Origin: Elsinoe ampelina
Lineage: Eukaryota
Reading direction: 5' to 3'
Assembly: GCA_010093995.1 (NCBI GenBank)
Contig: ML992504.1
Location: 1,787,394 to 1,851,393, forward strand
Length of the DNA stretch: 64,000 nucleotides
Below the pieces are notes generated by a model that saw only the letters and a list, made by a program, of their open reading frames with translations, had not been told where the DNA came from and did no database searches. The number at the start of each line of letters is the position of its first letter. Within the stretch, counting starts at the first letter, position 1. A program made the translations under genes and the position numbers. Positions 11,848 to 25,449 of this stretch are shown piece after piece.

Positions 11848-13930
11848 TCAATCCCAATGTCTCCGAATGATCGGCCTTGCCGGATCCCATGGTCCCTGAA
11901 TCTCATTCTTGTATCTTTGCAAACCAATCAACCACCAACTCGTCATGCCCATGGCCAATGAAGTGAGCAAGCCTCCAAGCACCACACCCACGACTGCTGC
12001 CCTCCATCCACCACCAGTGATGATCATACATAGTCCACCTCCAGCCGCGACAATCAGAAAAGCGGTCAATGCCAGATGCCCTACCCAGGACATGTGCCTC
12101 AAGTGTCGTCGGAATACGGGAAAGAGACCGAAGACTTCAATGGAGAAGAGAGTCAAAGAGAAGACGTGAAGCGTGCTTGGAAGCCGACTTGCCAACACTG
12201 TACTGGCCATGACCCCAGCATTGGTGCTCAATGGGGCAGGAAACTTTGCTTCCACACCGGCGCCGTAATCGAAGGTGAAGATGTTGATGACAATCAGCCA
12301 ACTAGACATGGCCCAAATACTGTCAGGAGAGGTTGACTTGGTGAGACTCTTCAAGATAGGGCTGAGACCAAGCAGGGCGCAGATGATGATCATAGCAGAC
12401 TTTGCCGTAGCCATTCGTTCCTGATTGCGAGGAGAGAAACGAGACACGCGCCCTTCGTATGGAGGATAATGAGAGTATGTTGCAAATGTACTGGCCCCGT
12501 TAGGATGTCCAGTCGTGAGATTCATGGGGGTCGCTGTAGCTGGTGTCCAGGTGTCCTTGATTGGAGAGAGTGGTGGATGTGAAGTGACGAGCCGTGGCTC
12601 AGATGCAAGACTCGAATTCCGAGAATGAAGGGTAGAGGTTGTTGCGGACATGCTACCGACGCTAGTAGTGCGGCTCGCAGCTTCTGTACCGAGACTGCCC
12701 GAAAGAGTGATACCAAGACTGTCGCTGCCAGGTGTTGTGGCCCCGGTCGTTTCTCCATCTGTGCCCCCATTTGCAGTTTCGCCAGATCCAGCATTTACTT
12801 CGTCCAGCTTCTCTGCAGCTGCGATGAGCTCTTCTTCCTGTCGTTGTTGCTCCTCTTCGCAGCTGATCCACCAGTCTCTCGCAATCCATCCGAGGACGGT
12901 GCCAAATGTTGCCCAAGACACGACTGATACCGGCGCGACTCGTTCCTGAAAGATGCCAACAAAGCAACAAATGAAAATAATGACACTCGCGACATGTTGA
13001 ACGATGATAGTCGAGTCAGCGACGAGTGGCCAAAACTCATAGGGTCGTAGTCGAGGGTTGCGCTGGAGGTGTGATAGAAACTGGAGCTCGTCCGTATAGT
13101 TGTCTGGATCTATAAATCTGTCAGTGAGATGGACCAACAGCAGTCATACATGACGGATAAGGCGGTCGCCGATCAAAAAGAGAGCGTCTTGTACCATGCC
13201 GTGTCCGAGGGCGTGCGGGAGGTATGATCGGATGGAATCGCCACGCCACCACAAGCTATAGGCCTGGGACTGAGCAACAGTCACAATCTCCGTAGTCTAT
13301 CGTTGTGCATGCGAAATTGTAAAGGTCCTGCCCTTGGCAACTCGAGAACGAATGGCGAGATTGCGTATATAATGATTAATACAGCATAGACCTCGACAAC
13401 AGTGATGACGGCCTCCAGTAAGCGCAATTGATCAGACGGCGCCAGATACGACGTCAGATAAGCGACCAGTGCCTGAAGCAATAGAGGAATGATCATGGTG
13501 AAGTAGCGATAGATCAACGTGGTCATGCTCTTGAAGACAATGTCGACCGCAGAATGAGCCAAGTACCAGTCCCATATCATACAATCCACTACGAGTGTAG
13601 AGCGAGAGGAAGTCGCGACTTACATGCCTGCTTCACCCAAAGCAACTTCTTCCATGTCCCTCTCTTTCGCACCGTGCCTCCGTCCCTACCCCTCCTCTTC
13701 TCACGCGTCCTGCTCCGACCAACTTCGCTCCCATTATTGCTCGCTGTGATTGTATCGCTTCTCCCTAATGGCGACGTCTTCCTAACCTTACGAGGTGGCG
13801 TCGACTTGCTGTTACCAAAGGAGGAGTAGGCGTCTTCCGGGTGGAGGTGGGCCGAAGGGGGTCGCGAGGCGGGAATGTCGGGGGAGACGAGGGGCGATAG
13901 TAATTGCGACGTGCCCGATGAGGGCGGCAT
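11848..13930 (-). CDS. GPI2: Phosphatidylinositol N-acetylglucosaminyltransferase subunit GPI2/PIG-C
   Basis: Exon 1 (13930-13624) ends WKKLLWVKQA. A 514-nt intron 13623-13110 restores KQAYPDNYTD. Also SPILKSLTKSTSPDSIWA, LSTNA, LASRL and C-terminal QRYKNEIQGPWDPARP. Confidence 0.95.
13281..13588 (-). other. Hydrophobic ~100-codon ORF nested in the GPI2 intron (candidate alternative terminal exon)
   Basis: Stop-free frame DCMIWDWYLAHSAVDIVFKSMTTLIYRY...; the AG ending at 13589 would join it in frame to GPI2 exon 1. Confidence 0.35.
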
Positions 13931-14121
13931 TTGTTATTACATTAATCTGCTCCTTCGGCGAAGCAGGATTGAGCTCGCGTCAGATGTTGAGGAAACGATT
14001 GATCGGGGGAGGTTGCGGAGCTGAAAGAGGATATTCTTGGCAGAAATGTACAGCTAGCTCACAGGATAGAATGAATCAAATTCTAGGGTATTTGAGCATT
14101 CTTTTTATGGTACAATCTACT

Positions 14122-16191
14122 CTATGACGCTATCCTCCAGGCTCTGAGAGGTAAGCTCTGCAAATGGGCCACAGTTGGTCTAATGTAGCCCCAGAAAGTT
14201 AGCACGCCCACGGCGATGCAAAGTATGTTTACAATGTAGTAGCCTAGCAAAGTCAGCTTGACGGGGATTGACATCGGAGCAGGACTTCTTACCATCTCTT
14301 GTGATATTGCAAGATCCTCCGCCATCGACACATCTATGCTTCTCCGATTCCAGGGCGCACGAGAAAGCCTGGGTGATCAGGTCTCCCTTGTGCTCTTTCG
14401 GCGGGATGCTCGGTGGCGTGCAGGTCGCTGCCGTGAACATGTCGACGAATTTGAGCACAAAATATCGCGGGAATGTACCGCCGAGGTTGCTGACCCTGCT
14501 CAAAGATTAATCGCATGCTCTGGATGATTCGGATTGCTTGTTACTCACGTTGCCAGCAAAGTCATGTAAGTTCCACCGATCAGAGGGTCGGAGATTTTGG
14601 CATGGAAAGCACTGACGGCGACAAACATGATAGTGCTCATGAAGGTGCTGAAGATATGCTCGACGATGACCAGTAGAAGAAAAGGGGTGCCGTACCCATC
14701 CTTGGGAAAGATGGCAACGACAAAATGGGCAAAGACTGCCGCGAAGAGACGACCAACAAATGCCCAGGACCATAATCTCATGGGACCGTACTCTTCACTC
14801 CACTTGCCAGCATAGTACCCAAGAGAGATCTCGAAGGGAAAGTCGATCAAGACTGTCAGAGCGAGGTCCTCCTGGCTGAACCCCTTGTCCAAAAGCTTCA
14901 GATTCGTGACTGCATCGTTTGCCTGGAACCCAATTTTGGCGATGAGGTGAACGATGATGATTCTTTGAACGCTCTTGAGCTGCATGATACCACCCATGAC
15001 TTTGTACACCTCCATAATGGTGTCGCGCTCTTTCGTCCTGTCTTCCCGCTTCAATATAGCAAGCCCAAGTGTGACCGCAAGATAAGCCCACCCCCAGAAG
15101 GTAAGGTAACCACCAAGAGTGAGGAGTCCGACGTCCAGTGGCTGTGATCGGAACCACTTATTGGCAAAGTCCTTCGAATTGAATGCTAGGAAGACCGTGT
15201 GCGATAGGAATTGTCCAGCAGTCAGACCTACAGTCTGAGCAGTACTTGCGTAGGAGAGGTTACTCGGAGACAGGAGCGTCAATGCCCATCCGTCTACGGC
15301 GATGTCCTGGGTAGCGCACATGAAGACCAAGCCGAACCACCACCATGTGAAGCTCCATACACCAGAATCACCTCCGGCTCCCGCATCGATCATCATTTGC
15401 TCGGCCCTCGCTCCCATCCACAGCATGCCGAAACCGCTCAACGTTTGTATAGGCAGGATCCAGCTCTTTCTGCGTCCGAGTCTTGCACTCCAGACAGCGT
15501 CCACAATAGGGCTCCAAAGCAGCTTCAGACTGTACGGATAGCTGGCAAGCGAGTATACACCGATCTGTCCGTAACTAAGGTGACTCTTCAGTAGAAAGGG
15601 GACTGATCCCGCCGCTAAACCCATGGGTATTCCTTGCAAGAAGTACAGCAGCACCAGCAAGAGAAAGTTCCTCCGATCTTGATCTGGCAGGTCGAAGAAG
15701 CCCACAGAGCGTTCCTGCTCACCTAGCTTAGGCGAGTGTGGTACATTATTGTCCAGACTGAAAGAAGATCGACCCATGAGGTGCTCCGTTTGCGAAGTAT
15801 TGTCGCCGATTTCTAGCGAAGCATGCTTTCGCCGTTGCTCCAGCAGTGAACCCGTGATGCTCGAGGACATTGCGTGTCCGTTGCCGTCGGAAGAGGTAGA
15901 GCTCACAGGCGAACGGACTGAGCCATTTGGAGACTTGCTCGTGCTCTTGCGGGGCATTTGGTGTAAAGGGCCAGGTGGGTGATCCCCCTCAGAGGAATAC
16001 AACAAGTGCTCCGACTCGAATCCTGAAGCGGCAGACGCAGTATGTCGATGCTTTGCTCTACCTGGTCTGAAGCTCTGTAGTTCGAGGTCTCCGGAGTCTG
16101 TCAAGTCCCTTTGATTGTTGTGCGTCAAGACAGGTGATTGTCGAGAGGTAGAGACTGGTATGGAGGGACGGTCGTTGACGGGACCAGACAT
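14122..16191 (-). CDS. Acetyl-CoA transporter 1 (ACATN/SLC33A1 family, MFS)
   Basis: LLYFLQGIPMGL, PYSLKLLWSPIVD, ATQDIAVDGWALTLL, GGTYMTLLATVSNLGGTFP. Introns 14548-14496 and 14292-14244. Confidence 0.93.
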
Positions 16192-16689
16192 GCAGGAGAC
16201 CCTCGCTAGGTCTGTCTAGGTGGATGAAGGGAGGTGGACATGTACTTATAGGACACGATTTTGAGGATGATCTGCAGCCGGGTCGAAACCAGTGAAGCTG
16301 TCCCTGTGCCTGAGCCGACCCAAAACGTGGCCAGAAAAATTGCGGAGGGATCAAAGTGCGGCTCTGCTTTTCATGATGTTCCCTTTTCAACCTTGACACT
16401 TTCGTTGATTATGAACTTAGTTCGCAATTTACCATCGGATCGCATTCTACGTTTGCTCGAGGTGACTACGATTCGTAAGAAGCCGCCCAATTCTTCATGC
16501 CCGTGACTGGCTCCCGCATCGGAACTACGTCTCCTCCAACGAGCCATCGAGGTTCCTTGATTGATGTCCCTAGCTTTTGAAGCGGCAACTCACAATGTCC
16601 AGCATGGAGTATAAGAGTCTCATCACTGCTGACATTATCCTCGATTCGGCTGCATGCACGTGACTGATCACGACGCACCCGGCATGTAT

Positions 16690-18537
16690 CTAGGTCGTTT
16701 TGATAGGGGCGAGTCCAGGTAGGTCAAAGATTTTGCCCTGGTATGCAAGTCAGCGGGATACCTCTCTCGACTCGGGGTAGCTTACCGGATTCATGAGACT
16801 GTTCGGGTCAAGGGCAGCCTTGACCTTCAGCATGACCCCGATTGTGTCGAGGCCTAGCTCTTTCACCAAGCTAGTCTTCTTGCCAATGCCGATACCATGT
16901 TCGCCCTGCAACGTGTAAGCTGAAGTCTGCACTCAAAGGCCGGTAGCTCCACATACAGTACAGGTCCCTTCCATCTCCAACGCTCGGTCAACCATCCGAC
17001 TCACGCACTCCTCAACCTTTGCCTTATCCTTTGCCTCGTACATGATTGACTCGTGAAAGTTGCCATCTCCAACATGACCAAGAGCGCTTGCAAACAAGCC
17101 AAGCTCATCCATCTCCTTCTTACTGACTTCTATGATGTCTGGCAGTCTGCTGATGGGCACCGCAACATCCGTCGACCAGACCTGCTCATCGCCCTTCCTC
17201 AGAGCCAGCATGCTCCACAGGCTTTCCTTGCGTGCACTCCATAGCTGCTTCTGCTCCTCCGCATCGTTGGTGAACTCGAACGAACCGCTCTTGCACTTCT
17301 TCGAGATATCCCTGACAATATCGACGTTCTCCCTTACCTGACTCTTGGTGCCGCTGAATTTGAAGAACATAGTAGGTAACTCCTTCCAGACGCGTTTCGT
17401 GAATCCAGATTTGTTGACCACTCCCATTTGCACCTCATCCATGATCTCCATAGCACCAATGGGAATGCCAGCTCGTAGCACCTTCGACGCTGCCGACGCC
17501 GCATCTCTAATCGTCGGGAAAGTGACCACGGCCACGCTCGTCTCTGGCGGGATCACAGACAACTTCAGCGTGACCTCCGTTACAATTCCTAACGTGCCCT
17601 CGCTACCGATAAACAGCCCCGTAAGGTTATACCCAGCAGCAGACTTTCTCGGCCTTCTCCTCGTCTTGATCACCGTCCCATCAGCCAACACCACCGTCAG
17701 ATTCACCACATTATCCTTCATGGTCCCATACCTCACCGCGTTCGTCCCGGAACAACTCGTCCCCACCATCCCGCCAATCATTGCCGACGGACCAGGATCA
17801 ACAGGGAAGAACAAACCCGTATCCTTGATCTTGTCGTTGAGATCCATCCATCTAATCGCAGGCTGGACCACGCAGTCCAGGTCGTCCTCATGCACGGCGA
17901 TGATGCGATCCATGTGGGCAAAATCGATGCAGACTCCGCCATAGGGAGCGGAGAAGTTGGCTTCCAGGGAGGTGCCGCCGGAGAAGGGGACCATGGGGAT
18001 CTTATGCTTGGAGCAGATTCTGGCTAGTTGAGAGACGTCCGCGGTGGTTTGAGGGTAGGCGATGGCGATGGGTAGGGCGTCGACGTTGACGGTCGACCAT
18101 TCGCTGTAGCCGTGGCGTTTGAGGTCGTCGTCGTCGGTCGAGATGGCGTCGTCGCCGAGGAGAGTGCGGAGTTCGGCTACGGCCTGGGAGACTCAGCCGT
18201 GGTCATGATATGATATGTATCTTTGTGGGGGAAGGAAACAAATGATCAGGTCATTGCTACGCACCTTTTCCATCTCCGGCTTCTTCGCGTATGATGGGCC
18301 TTTGGTGGGGGCATTGCGGAAGAACAAGCTGGCGTCCCCAACGCCAAACACGTAGGTGAGCGAACTGGCAAATGCAGTCAAGAGAGCCACTCGACCTGTC
18401 GTCCAGAATGCTGATGGCGATGCTGTGGTTGTGGTCGAAGCTTGTCTCCGAAACAGGCGTGTGGTTGGAGTGCGGATTTGCCTCCCAGCTCCGGAGGCTG
18501 CTGAGAAGACCCTCGGGAGGCTTCTACACGACTGCAT
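16690..18537 (-). CDS. DLD1: Mitochondrial FAD-linked D-lactate dehydrogenase (cytochrome), DLD1-like
   Basis: Basic presequence; PFSGGTSLE, FPVDPGP, GTNAVRYG, GSEGTLG, GHVGDGNFH, GTCT/GEHGIG, DPNSLMNP/GKIF. Three introns, the first at 18264-18184. Ends PIKTT* at 16690. Confidence 0.9.
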
Positions 18538-18977
18538 CTTCCTCACAGCTTCGACACGAGAACGTTCATGTGCATTGACAATTGGCAGAGGAACAAGTGA
18601 CTGAATCAAGTTCTATTCTTGATATTCCTGCGCTAGTGTCTATCGGCATTTGGTCCTTCGATGACGGAACTTCTTCCGCCCGTGTTTCCCCTCATTCACA
18701 GATCCTCATCAGCCGCGCTGGATGTCTGGGAGCCCCATAGCCGAGCTCGACTACATAGTCCTGCAACCACTCTCTCAGCGATACACTAAATGTAACCTCG
18801 GGACCTGACCGCTGAGCGGCGACAGCTCGAGTCTCGCGGCTGGTAGGAAGCTGTACTCCTGCCGATTGAGAAGTTCTGAGGCTATCGGCCTGCATGGCTT
18901 TCTTTGAACAGTACCCCTGCTCGATGCTGTTCTCTGAAAGACCCGGCAAAATACTGAACATGCGTCCTCTGCAAGCC

Positions 18978-19718
18978 TCAAACTTCTCTGAGAATCTTTT
19001 TGACCAATTTCTGCTGCTGCTCCACGTTCAGCGACTGCTCGTCGACCTCTTTCAGCACATTGCCGACGGCGATAGTCTCCTTCACTCCACCAGCATCGAT
19101 CCACACCACACCATTCCTTCCAATTGCCACCTCGAACCTCAGCTTCTCACCTAGTTCCTCCAGAACAGCCACATCACCTTTGCCGCCACCCAGCATTAAT
19201 CTCCTAGCGAAGCTGCTGCTTACGTCGAAGGTCATGCCTCCTTTCAGTGGGCCCATACCGTCTGATTTCCCGGTCGCCGAATTGAAACATTCCAGTTCGA
19301 CATCTCCCCACTTCTCCACCTTACTGACACGAGCATAGACGAGTGCTCCAGCCGCGAGATTGGGTCGGGTCTTCTTCGTGGCGCCTTCGAAGGCGAGCTG
19401 ACCTAGTAAGGCAAAAGGCGTGAAAGGTGTGACGGTACAGTGGAACACATCTGCAGCCGAGTGGTGTACGGTGGCGACTACGAGGTCGCCGACCGATGGC
19501 AGATATCGTCCTCCTGACTGCTCGATCCACAGGGCATTCTTCTTTGCGTCTTTATGAAGCGTCCCAGCTGTGATGGATTGAATCGAGGGCGTCTGACCCG
19601 TTTCAGATTCGAGAGCGCGAAGACCTGGTCCAAGAGCCAATGACCTGTTGCTCGTACCCGAAGCATAGATTTCAGGTGAGATCACATCTCCTGGTAGGAC
19701 AAGTTGTAATAATGACAT
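18978..19718 (-). CDS. RRP40: Exosome complex cap subunit Rrp40
   Basis: VLPGD, LGPGL, RYLPSVGDLV, LAFEGATKKTRPNL, FEVAIGRNGVVWI; single exon. Confidence 0.93.
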   Translation of the reverse strand: MSLLQLVLPGDVISPEIYASGTSNRSLALGPGLRALESETGQTPSIQSITAGTLHKDAKKNALWIEQSGGRYLPSVGDLVVATVHHSAADVFHCTVTPFTPFALLGQLAFEGATKKTRPNLAAGALVYARVSKVEKWGDVELECFNSATGKSDGMGPLKGGMTFDVSSSFARRLMLGGGKGDVAVLEELGEKLRFEVAIGRNGVVWIDAGGVKETIAVGNVLKEVDEQSLNVEQQQKLVKKILREV

Positions 19719-19960
19719 GGCGATTTAGTTCTCCGGTGCAGCTGTGCAGTCGTTATCGTTTCATAATGTCGTTGATGCCAATGGACAAGCATACTGTCGT
19801 GTTTGAGGAGGGGCAGTTTCCCAGCAAAAATATATCCGAAGTTCTGCCGCCACCTTTCATGCCTCCGCAAAAAAAAGTCCAGGGCAAAGACTGACGCTGA
19901 ACAAGGAACGAATATCTTTCTACCTTTCTCAAGTCACATCGACATCCCCACACAATCAAC

Positions 19961-21788
19961 ATGAGCGACGGAGAAGAGATCGCCGGCAAGGTTGCCATTG
20001 GCATATCTTTTGGCAACTCGTACAGCTCAATCGCCTTTACTGGTTCAGACGGCAAGGCAGAGGTCATCGCCAACGAAGAAGGAGGTCAGTATCTCTCGCA
20101 TCAGAGACGGCGGCTTGTCAGCTGACAGTGGACAGACCGACAAATCCCTTCGATACTCTCATATGTCGAGGGCGAAGAGTTCCATGGTACGCAGGCCAAG
20201 GCTCAGCTCGTTCGCAACCCAAAGAACACTGTTGCTTACTTCAGGGACTTCATTGGCAAGGAGTATGTTGGCAGCGCTCAATGTCTGTATCAGGAGCTAA
20301 CATGTCCTCAGCTTCAAGTCGATAGACCCGACCCCGTGCCATCCCTCAGCACACCCATCAGAACAGTCTGGAACGATTGCCTTCTCGATCAAGGACACCG
20401 AGGCTGATCAGCAGAACAATGTTACGGTATCAGAGATCACCACAAGGCATCTTAGGAGATTACAAAAGTCTGCATCGGATTATTTGGGCAAGGAAGTCCA
20501 GGCCGCGGTAATCACAGTTCCGACAAACTTTTCAGAAGAACAGAGAAAGGCTTTGGAGGAGGCAGCAAAGGGGGCAGGTCTCGAGATCCTGCAAATCATC
20601 CACGAACCGGCAGCTGCACTTCTGGCATACGATGCACGATCGACTGACTTCACACCAAAAGACAAGATCGTGGTTCTGGCAGATCTGGGTGGCACAAGGA
20701 GTGACATTGCGGTTGTAGCATCCCGAGGAGGTATCTACACCATCCTTGCCACATCACACGACTACGAGCTGGGTGGTGCCGTTCTCGACCAGACCCTTAT
20801 CGACTACGCGGCCAAGGAGTTCCAGAAAAAGCACAAGACCGATCCCAGACAAAATGAACGCTCCTTGTCGAAATTGAAGCTCGAAGCCGAGGCCGTCAAG
20901 AAGTCCCTCTCCATCGGTGCCAGCGCATCCTTCTCCATCGAGTCCCTGGCCGACGGTGTCGACTTCTCCCTCACGGTCAACCGCACACGCTTCGAGCTCC
21001 TCGCCAACAAGCACTTCTCAGCCATCACCCGCCTGATCGAATCGACCATCCAAAAAGCCGACCTCGACCCCCTCGACATTGGCGAGATCATCCTCTCCGG
21101 CGGCACCTCCCACATCCCCAAGATCGCCCGCAACCTCCAATCCGCCTTCCCACAACGCACCACCGTCCTCTCCCCCTCCACCTCCCCCACCGCAATCAAC
21201 CCTTCCGAACTCTCGGCCCGCGGCGCCGCCATCCAAGCCTCCCTCATCTCCGAATTCGAAAAAGACGACATCGAACAATCCACCCACCCCGTCGTGACCG
21301 CCACCCCTCACCTCGCCACCGCAATCGGCATCTCCACCGTCGCGGAAAGCGTAGGCGAAGAAGTCTTTGGGCCTATCGTCGAGCCCAACACGGCCGTGCC
21401 CGTGCGGAGAACCATCGAGATCCCGGCCCCGAAGAACGGAGGCGACGTGCTAGTGCGCATCTGCGAGGGCGTGAGCGAGATCAAAGTCACCAAGCCTGAG
21501 CCGAAGGAGAAGCCCGCTACGAACGGGGATAAGGACAGCGATGACGATGACGATGACGATGATGATGAGGACGAGGAGGAGGCCGACATCAGAGAGAAAT
21601 TGTGGAAGCAGGGCAAGGTACTCGCGGAGGCTGGGCTCAAGGGGGTGAAGAAGGGGGGCAAGGTGGAGGTGCAGGTCGATGTCAAGGCGGATTTGAGCGT
21701 GAGTTTTATCGTGAGGGAGGTGGGAGGCAAGGGAGGCGTGAGGGGTAGTCTGGCGGCGGGGAAGGTGGGGGAGAATGGGAGTGCGTGA
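19961..21788 (+). CDS. SSZ1: Ribosome-associated complex Hsp70 Ssz1
   Basis: IGISFGNSYSSIA, VIANEEG/DRQIPS, QIIHEPAAALLAY, ADLGGTRSD; truncated substrate-binding domain with an acidic tract. Introns 20085-20135 and 20263-20311. Confidence 0.93.
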
Positions 21789-22012
21789 GATAGGGGGTTT
21801 ATGTATAGGTAGAGATGACGGGATTGGTTCAGTAGACATGCACTGGGGGAATTTATTAGACAGCGTGGTTTGTGCAGTATTTGGGTTTCGGTCATTCAAA
21901 GTGGAGCATTCTGTGGTCTGCGACCGCGAGGAACGACACTTGCTCGCTTGCTAAATTACAAAACATCGTAAAGGTCGCTCTCGTCAGGCGACGGGTGGGT
22001 ATCGTGCAAATC

Positions 22013-23032
22013 TCAAACCAAGTCTCCGCTGTCCGTGCTTCCTCGTCCTTTGACCTTTCCTCCCGCCGTGGCCTTGTCGACAGTGCTCTTCCTGAACAAC
22101 ACCAGATCGTTCTTCGAGCTATCCAAGACGGCGGCGAATTGGCTCCTGTAGGCCACCAGGGCAAAAGAGATACCGATGACTGCTCCCATGAGGATGTCAT
22201 ACCAGTGGTGGTTGTAGCTCATCTGCAGGTCGCCAGCGATGAGGATAGCAGCCATCAAGGGCGCGAAGACGGCGACCATTTTCCAGTATCGCGGCTGGTA
22301 TGAGCCCATGACTTTGAGGTTGGCGTTGAGCCAGATGCTGAGGTAGACGAAACTCGCGAACGCCGCTTCCGTGTGACCTGATGGGAAGGAGATGATGGCG
22401 TTCTTGATATCCTTGCTTTCACCCGTGCAGATGGACCAGTCGTGGTACACGCCTTGGATACCCTGGTTGGCGCCTGGACGGGAGAAGTCTGGTTGGCACA
22501 CGGAGAGAAAGTGTGGTCGGAAGCCACCGATGAGTGTCTTGATCATAACTTGGAAGCAGGAGCCGCCAATGTTCGCGTACAGCAGACCGAGGACGGCGTT
22601 GTTGAGGGACCAGAAGTGGCGGATGAAGAATTGGGAGAGGACAAAGATGACGATGGGAGTGCCGACGGAGAGGATGCCGGAGGCTGCGGCGGAAAGGGAG
22701 GGGCGAATCTTAGGGTAGGCGAGCTCAGGGGCGAGGAGGGTGCCGCTGGCGTCGACGTAGGGGAAGAGTCGGTGGTAAGGGGGCCACATTTTGTCGAACT
22801 GGGGAGGGTCAGTGGTAAGTGATAGAGGTCAAACGTGAGTGCTTACACCGAGGGCGATCGCACCAATGACAATCATGGTGAGGATATCTGGCCATACTAT
22901 GCGAAGCCATTCAAGAAAGGTAGGGCGGGAGTCAATGGAAGGGGCGGCGTCTCTACGAGTGCGTTGGAAGGTGAGTTCATTGCGGATAGACTCTTTGACA
23001 GAGTTGGGTGAGACGAGGGTGAAGCGAGCCAT
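22013..23032 (-). CDS. PAP2-family lipid phosphate phosphatase (DPP1/LPP1-like)
   Basis: KTLIGGFRPHF, SFPSGH and HHWYD phosphatase motifs; intron 22846-22799. Confidence 0.88.
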
Positions 23033-24255
23033 TGTAGCAGACGTGCCTGCCTGTGAGCGACAGTGCGAATGATCGAAGAGGAATAGATGGCGGTGATGAG
23101 AATGAACTTGCGCTGGCGAGCGGAATGCTCCTATAAGATCTTCGTGCCTACCTTATTACACACCTGATCACCTTCTACCAGGACTGATGACGTGGGTTGG
23201 CAGCAAACCTTGTTCTGGCCTGGCGGAAGCCAAGACGGGGGACAGCATGCTTGGATCGAGGAAACACATGTCGATGGGCTGGTGGGACTCTGTCCGGGCT
23301 GCAGCTCTAATTTCGGAAGATGCTAGAGTGGACACGCGAGCAGGAAATCTTGGATGATTGGGAAGATGACGGAAAGCTGCGTCCGAGTCAAGTCACGCAT
23401 CGTGGCTGACCGCCCGCTTCCACAGTTCCACCCTTGTCCCGTCCGCTGCAGGTGCTCCGCCATGCGTGAACTACCATGACATGTCCCGTCCCGTGTTTGT
23501 TTTGTTCTTGTCCAGACAGGTAATGTGTAGAAACCAAGTGGCCACATCTATCCACCTGCATGTCTCAACATCCAAGATGCATTCTGAAAAAGAATTGACT
23601 GCGAGAATGTGACATGGCAATTCACAGTGTGGCTTGGACCCGCCGTTCGTTCCAAGATTTCGACAGCGTTCAAGTTTTTCCTTTTCCGCTCTTGGCAAAA
23701 CATCAGCTCGTAAGCCACCCGTCCACGTCACCTGAGGCATCATCCAGATATTGCTTCACGTTGGCAATTATACCTGTGGGACGTCTCCATGCAGATTTGA
23801 ACGCCTGCAGATGCTGGTAGGCTCGGGTTGTTTCTTCTTCCACCTTCCCTGTTCAACACTAGGTACCGTGGGAGATTTCGAACACCAAGGACCCTTGAAC
23901 TGTTCCGCCTTCTTTCATCCTCCTATCAACGAATACCTCGCTTCTCCACCTCACAACCAAACGACCCGCCGACTGATCTCTCAGATGTCCAGGAACATGA
24001 CATGATGCTGTTGATACTCTGCATAGACCCTGCGCAGTTTGCATTGTGTCGTGGGGCAATCGATGTCTCGTCCAAGACATTCGCAACTTCTGAGGAGGGC
24101 GTTCCGTTCGGCAGATTCCATCGTCGACCTCCGTCTCCGAGAGGGGACCTCCCAGCTCCTAAATGCTAATCATCAGGAAGACGCAGCCTCGAGACTACAT
24201 CGACTCTTCTTCGACTGTGGCGAGCCGATGGCTGTCATGTCGAGCTACTCAAGTC

Positions 24256-25449
24256 TCAATGAGCAGCAACGGTGGATTTTGTGTTTGAGATCGTATCCTT
24301 GAGGGCTGCTGGAATCTCGGAGGTCTGGCCTTGTTGCGCCTGCTGCTCGCGTATGCTTGCGAGTATTTCAGGATACTGACCTTGTCAGTAATGGCATCCA
24401 TCAGTATTGATTCTCACTAGACTTACCCATTCCTCGCCAACGTCAGGATGTGACTTGATTCTGTTGTACAGAGTCGCAGTCCCGAGGTGATCCCATTGGC
24501 CTTTGCGAAAGGTGAACTCGATGTCGTCCTTCTTTTGACCACGTCTGGCAAGCACTTCCTTACGCAGAGCCTGTACAGCCTCTGGAACATCCATACTCTC
24601 AAAGGTGGCATCATAGCTCACGCCTTGGAAAAATGGAATGCTGAAGCGAGCACCCGTACCTCGTGGAGGGCTCAACACGCGATGTGTAGTGCTTTGACAC
24701 ACTCCACGGGTCAGCGCTTCCATACCTTGACCAATCGCTACTACGAGAGTACCATCGATCGGAGGACAGTCGATCCATTCGCCAGCGTTATTCTGGACCT
24801 GGAGGCCTTTGTGATGAGAAGCTTGAAGCAAGTAGCTGGTGAGCATCGAATCTTTGTGCGGCCCTACACCTTGAGCTTCTCCCTCGACGCCGAGTTCTTC
24901 AAGATCTGGATACTTGACAATCTTGAGCTTGTGTTGTTGAGACTCGTCGAAGAAGTTGTCAAATGCCCCTTTGGGCAATCCGATGGCTTCGGCGATTAGG
25001 CTAGTGAAGTCGATGCTCATCTTACCCATCCTAGCCATATACTCCTCGAACTTGTCCCTGAACTCGGGCATATCAGGCCATTGATTTGGTCCCAAGAGGT
25101 TATAGTAAAGCGGGTCCTGAGGTCCTGGCGGCGCATGAGGAGTCGAAAGATCGATCTGCTCTCGCCAATCTACCTTGAACCGAGTGACTTCCAGTCCAAG
25201 TTTGCTGTAACCAAGAAAGCTAGGTTTGTTCTTCATCTCGACTGCTAGCTTTTTGTCCTCGGGAAGGTCAAAGAAATTTTTACCCAGGCGTATGACATCG
25301 TGTATGAGATCGTCTGGAATACCGGTACCTTTGATATAAAAGAAGCCGACCTCAAGCAAGGCGAATCGAAGGTCTTTCAGGAACGCCGGCTTCGTTGCCT
25401 CACCTCGGGCGAGGGATAGGTCTAATATTGGGATCGTGTCGAAGGACAT
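24256..25449 (-). CDS. 2-oxoglutarate/Fe(II) oxygenase (isopenicillin-N-synthase-like)
   Basis: IPILDL, GFFYI, HKD and HRV iron ligands, RFS. Intron 24426-24376. Ends STVAAH*. Confidence 0.9.

Noticed and set aside
14122..16191. Acetyl-CoA transporter as part of the acylated-glycan system
   Set aside because: It lies ~36 kb away among housekeeping genes; nothing in the sequence links them.
20754..21899. Long antisense and alternative-frame ORFs over SSZ1 (also over POL4, REV3, GH76 and the 56445 gene)
   Set aside because: Shadow ORFs caused by GC-rich, skewed codon usage; low-complexity translations without motifs.
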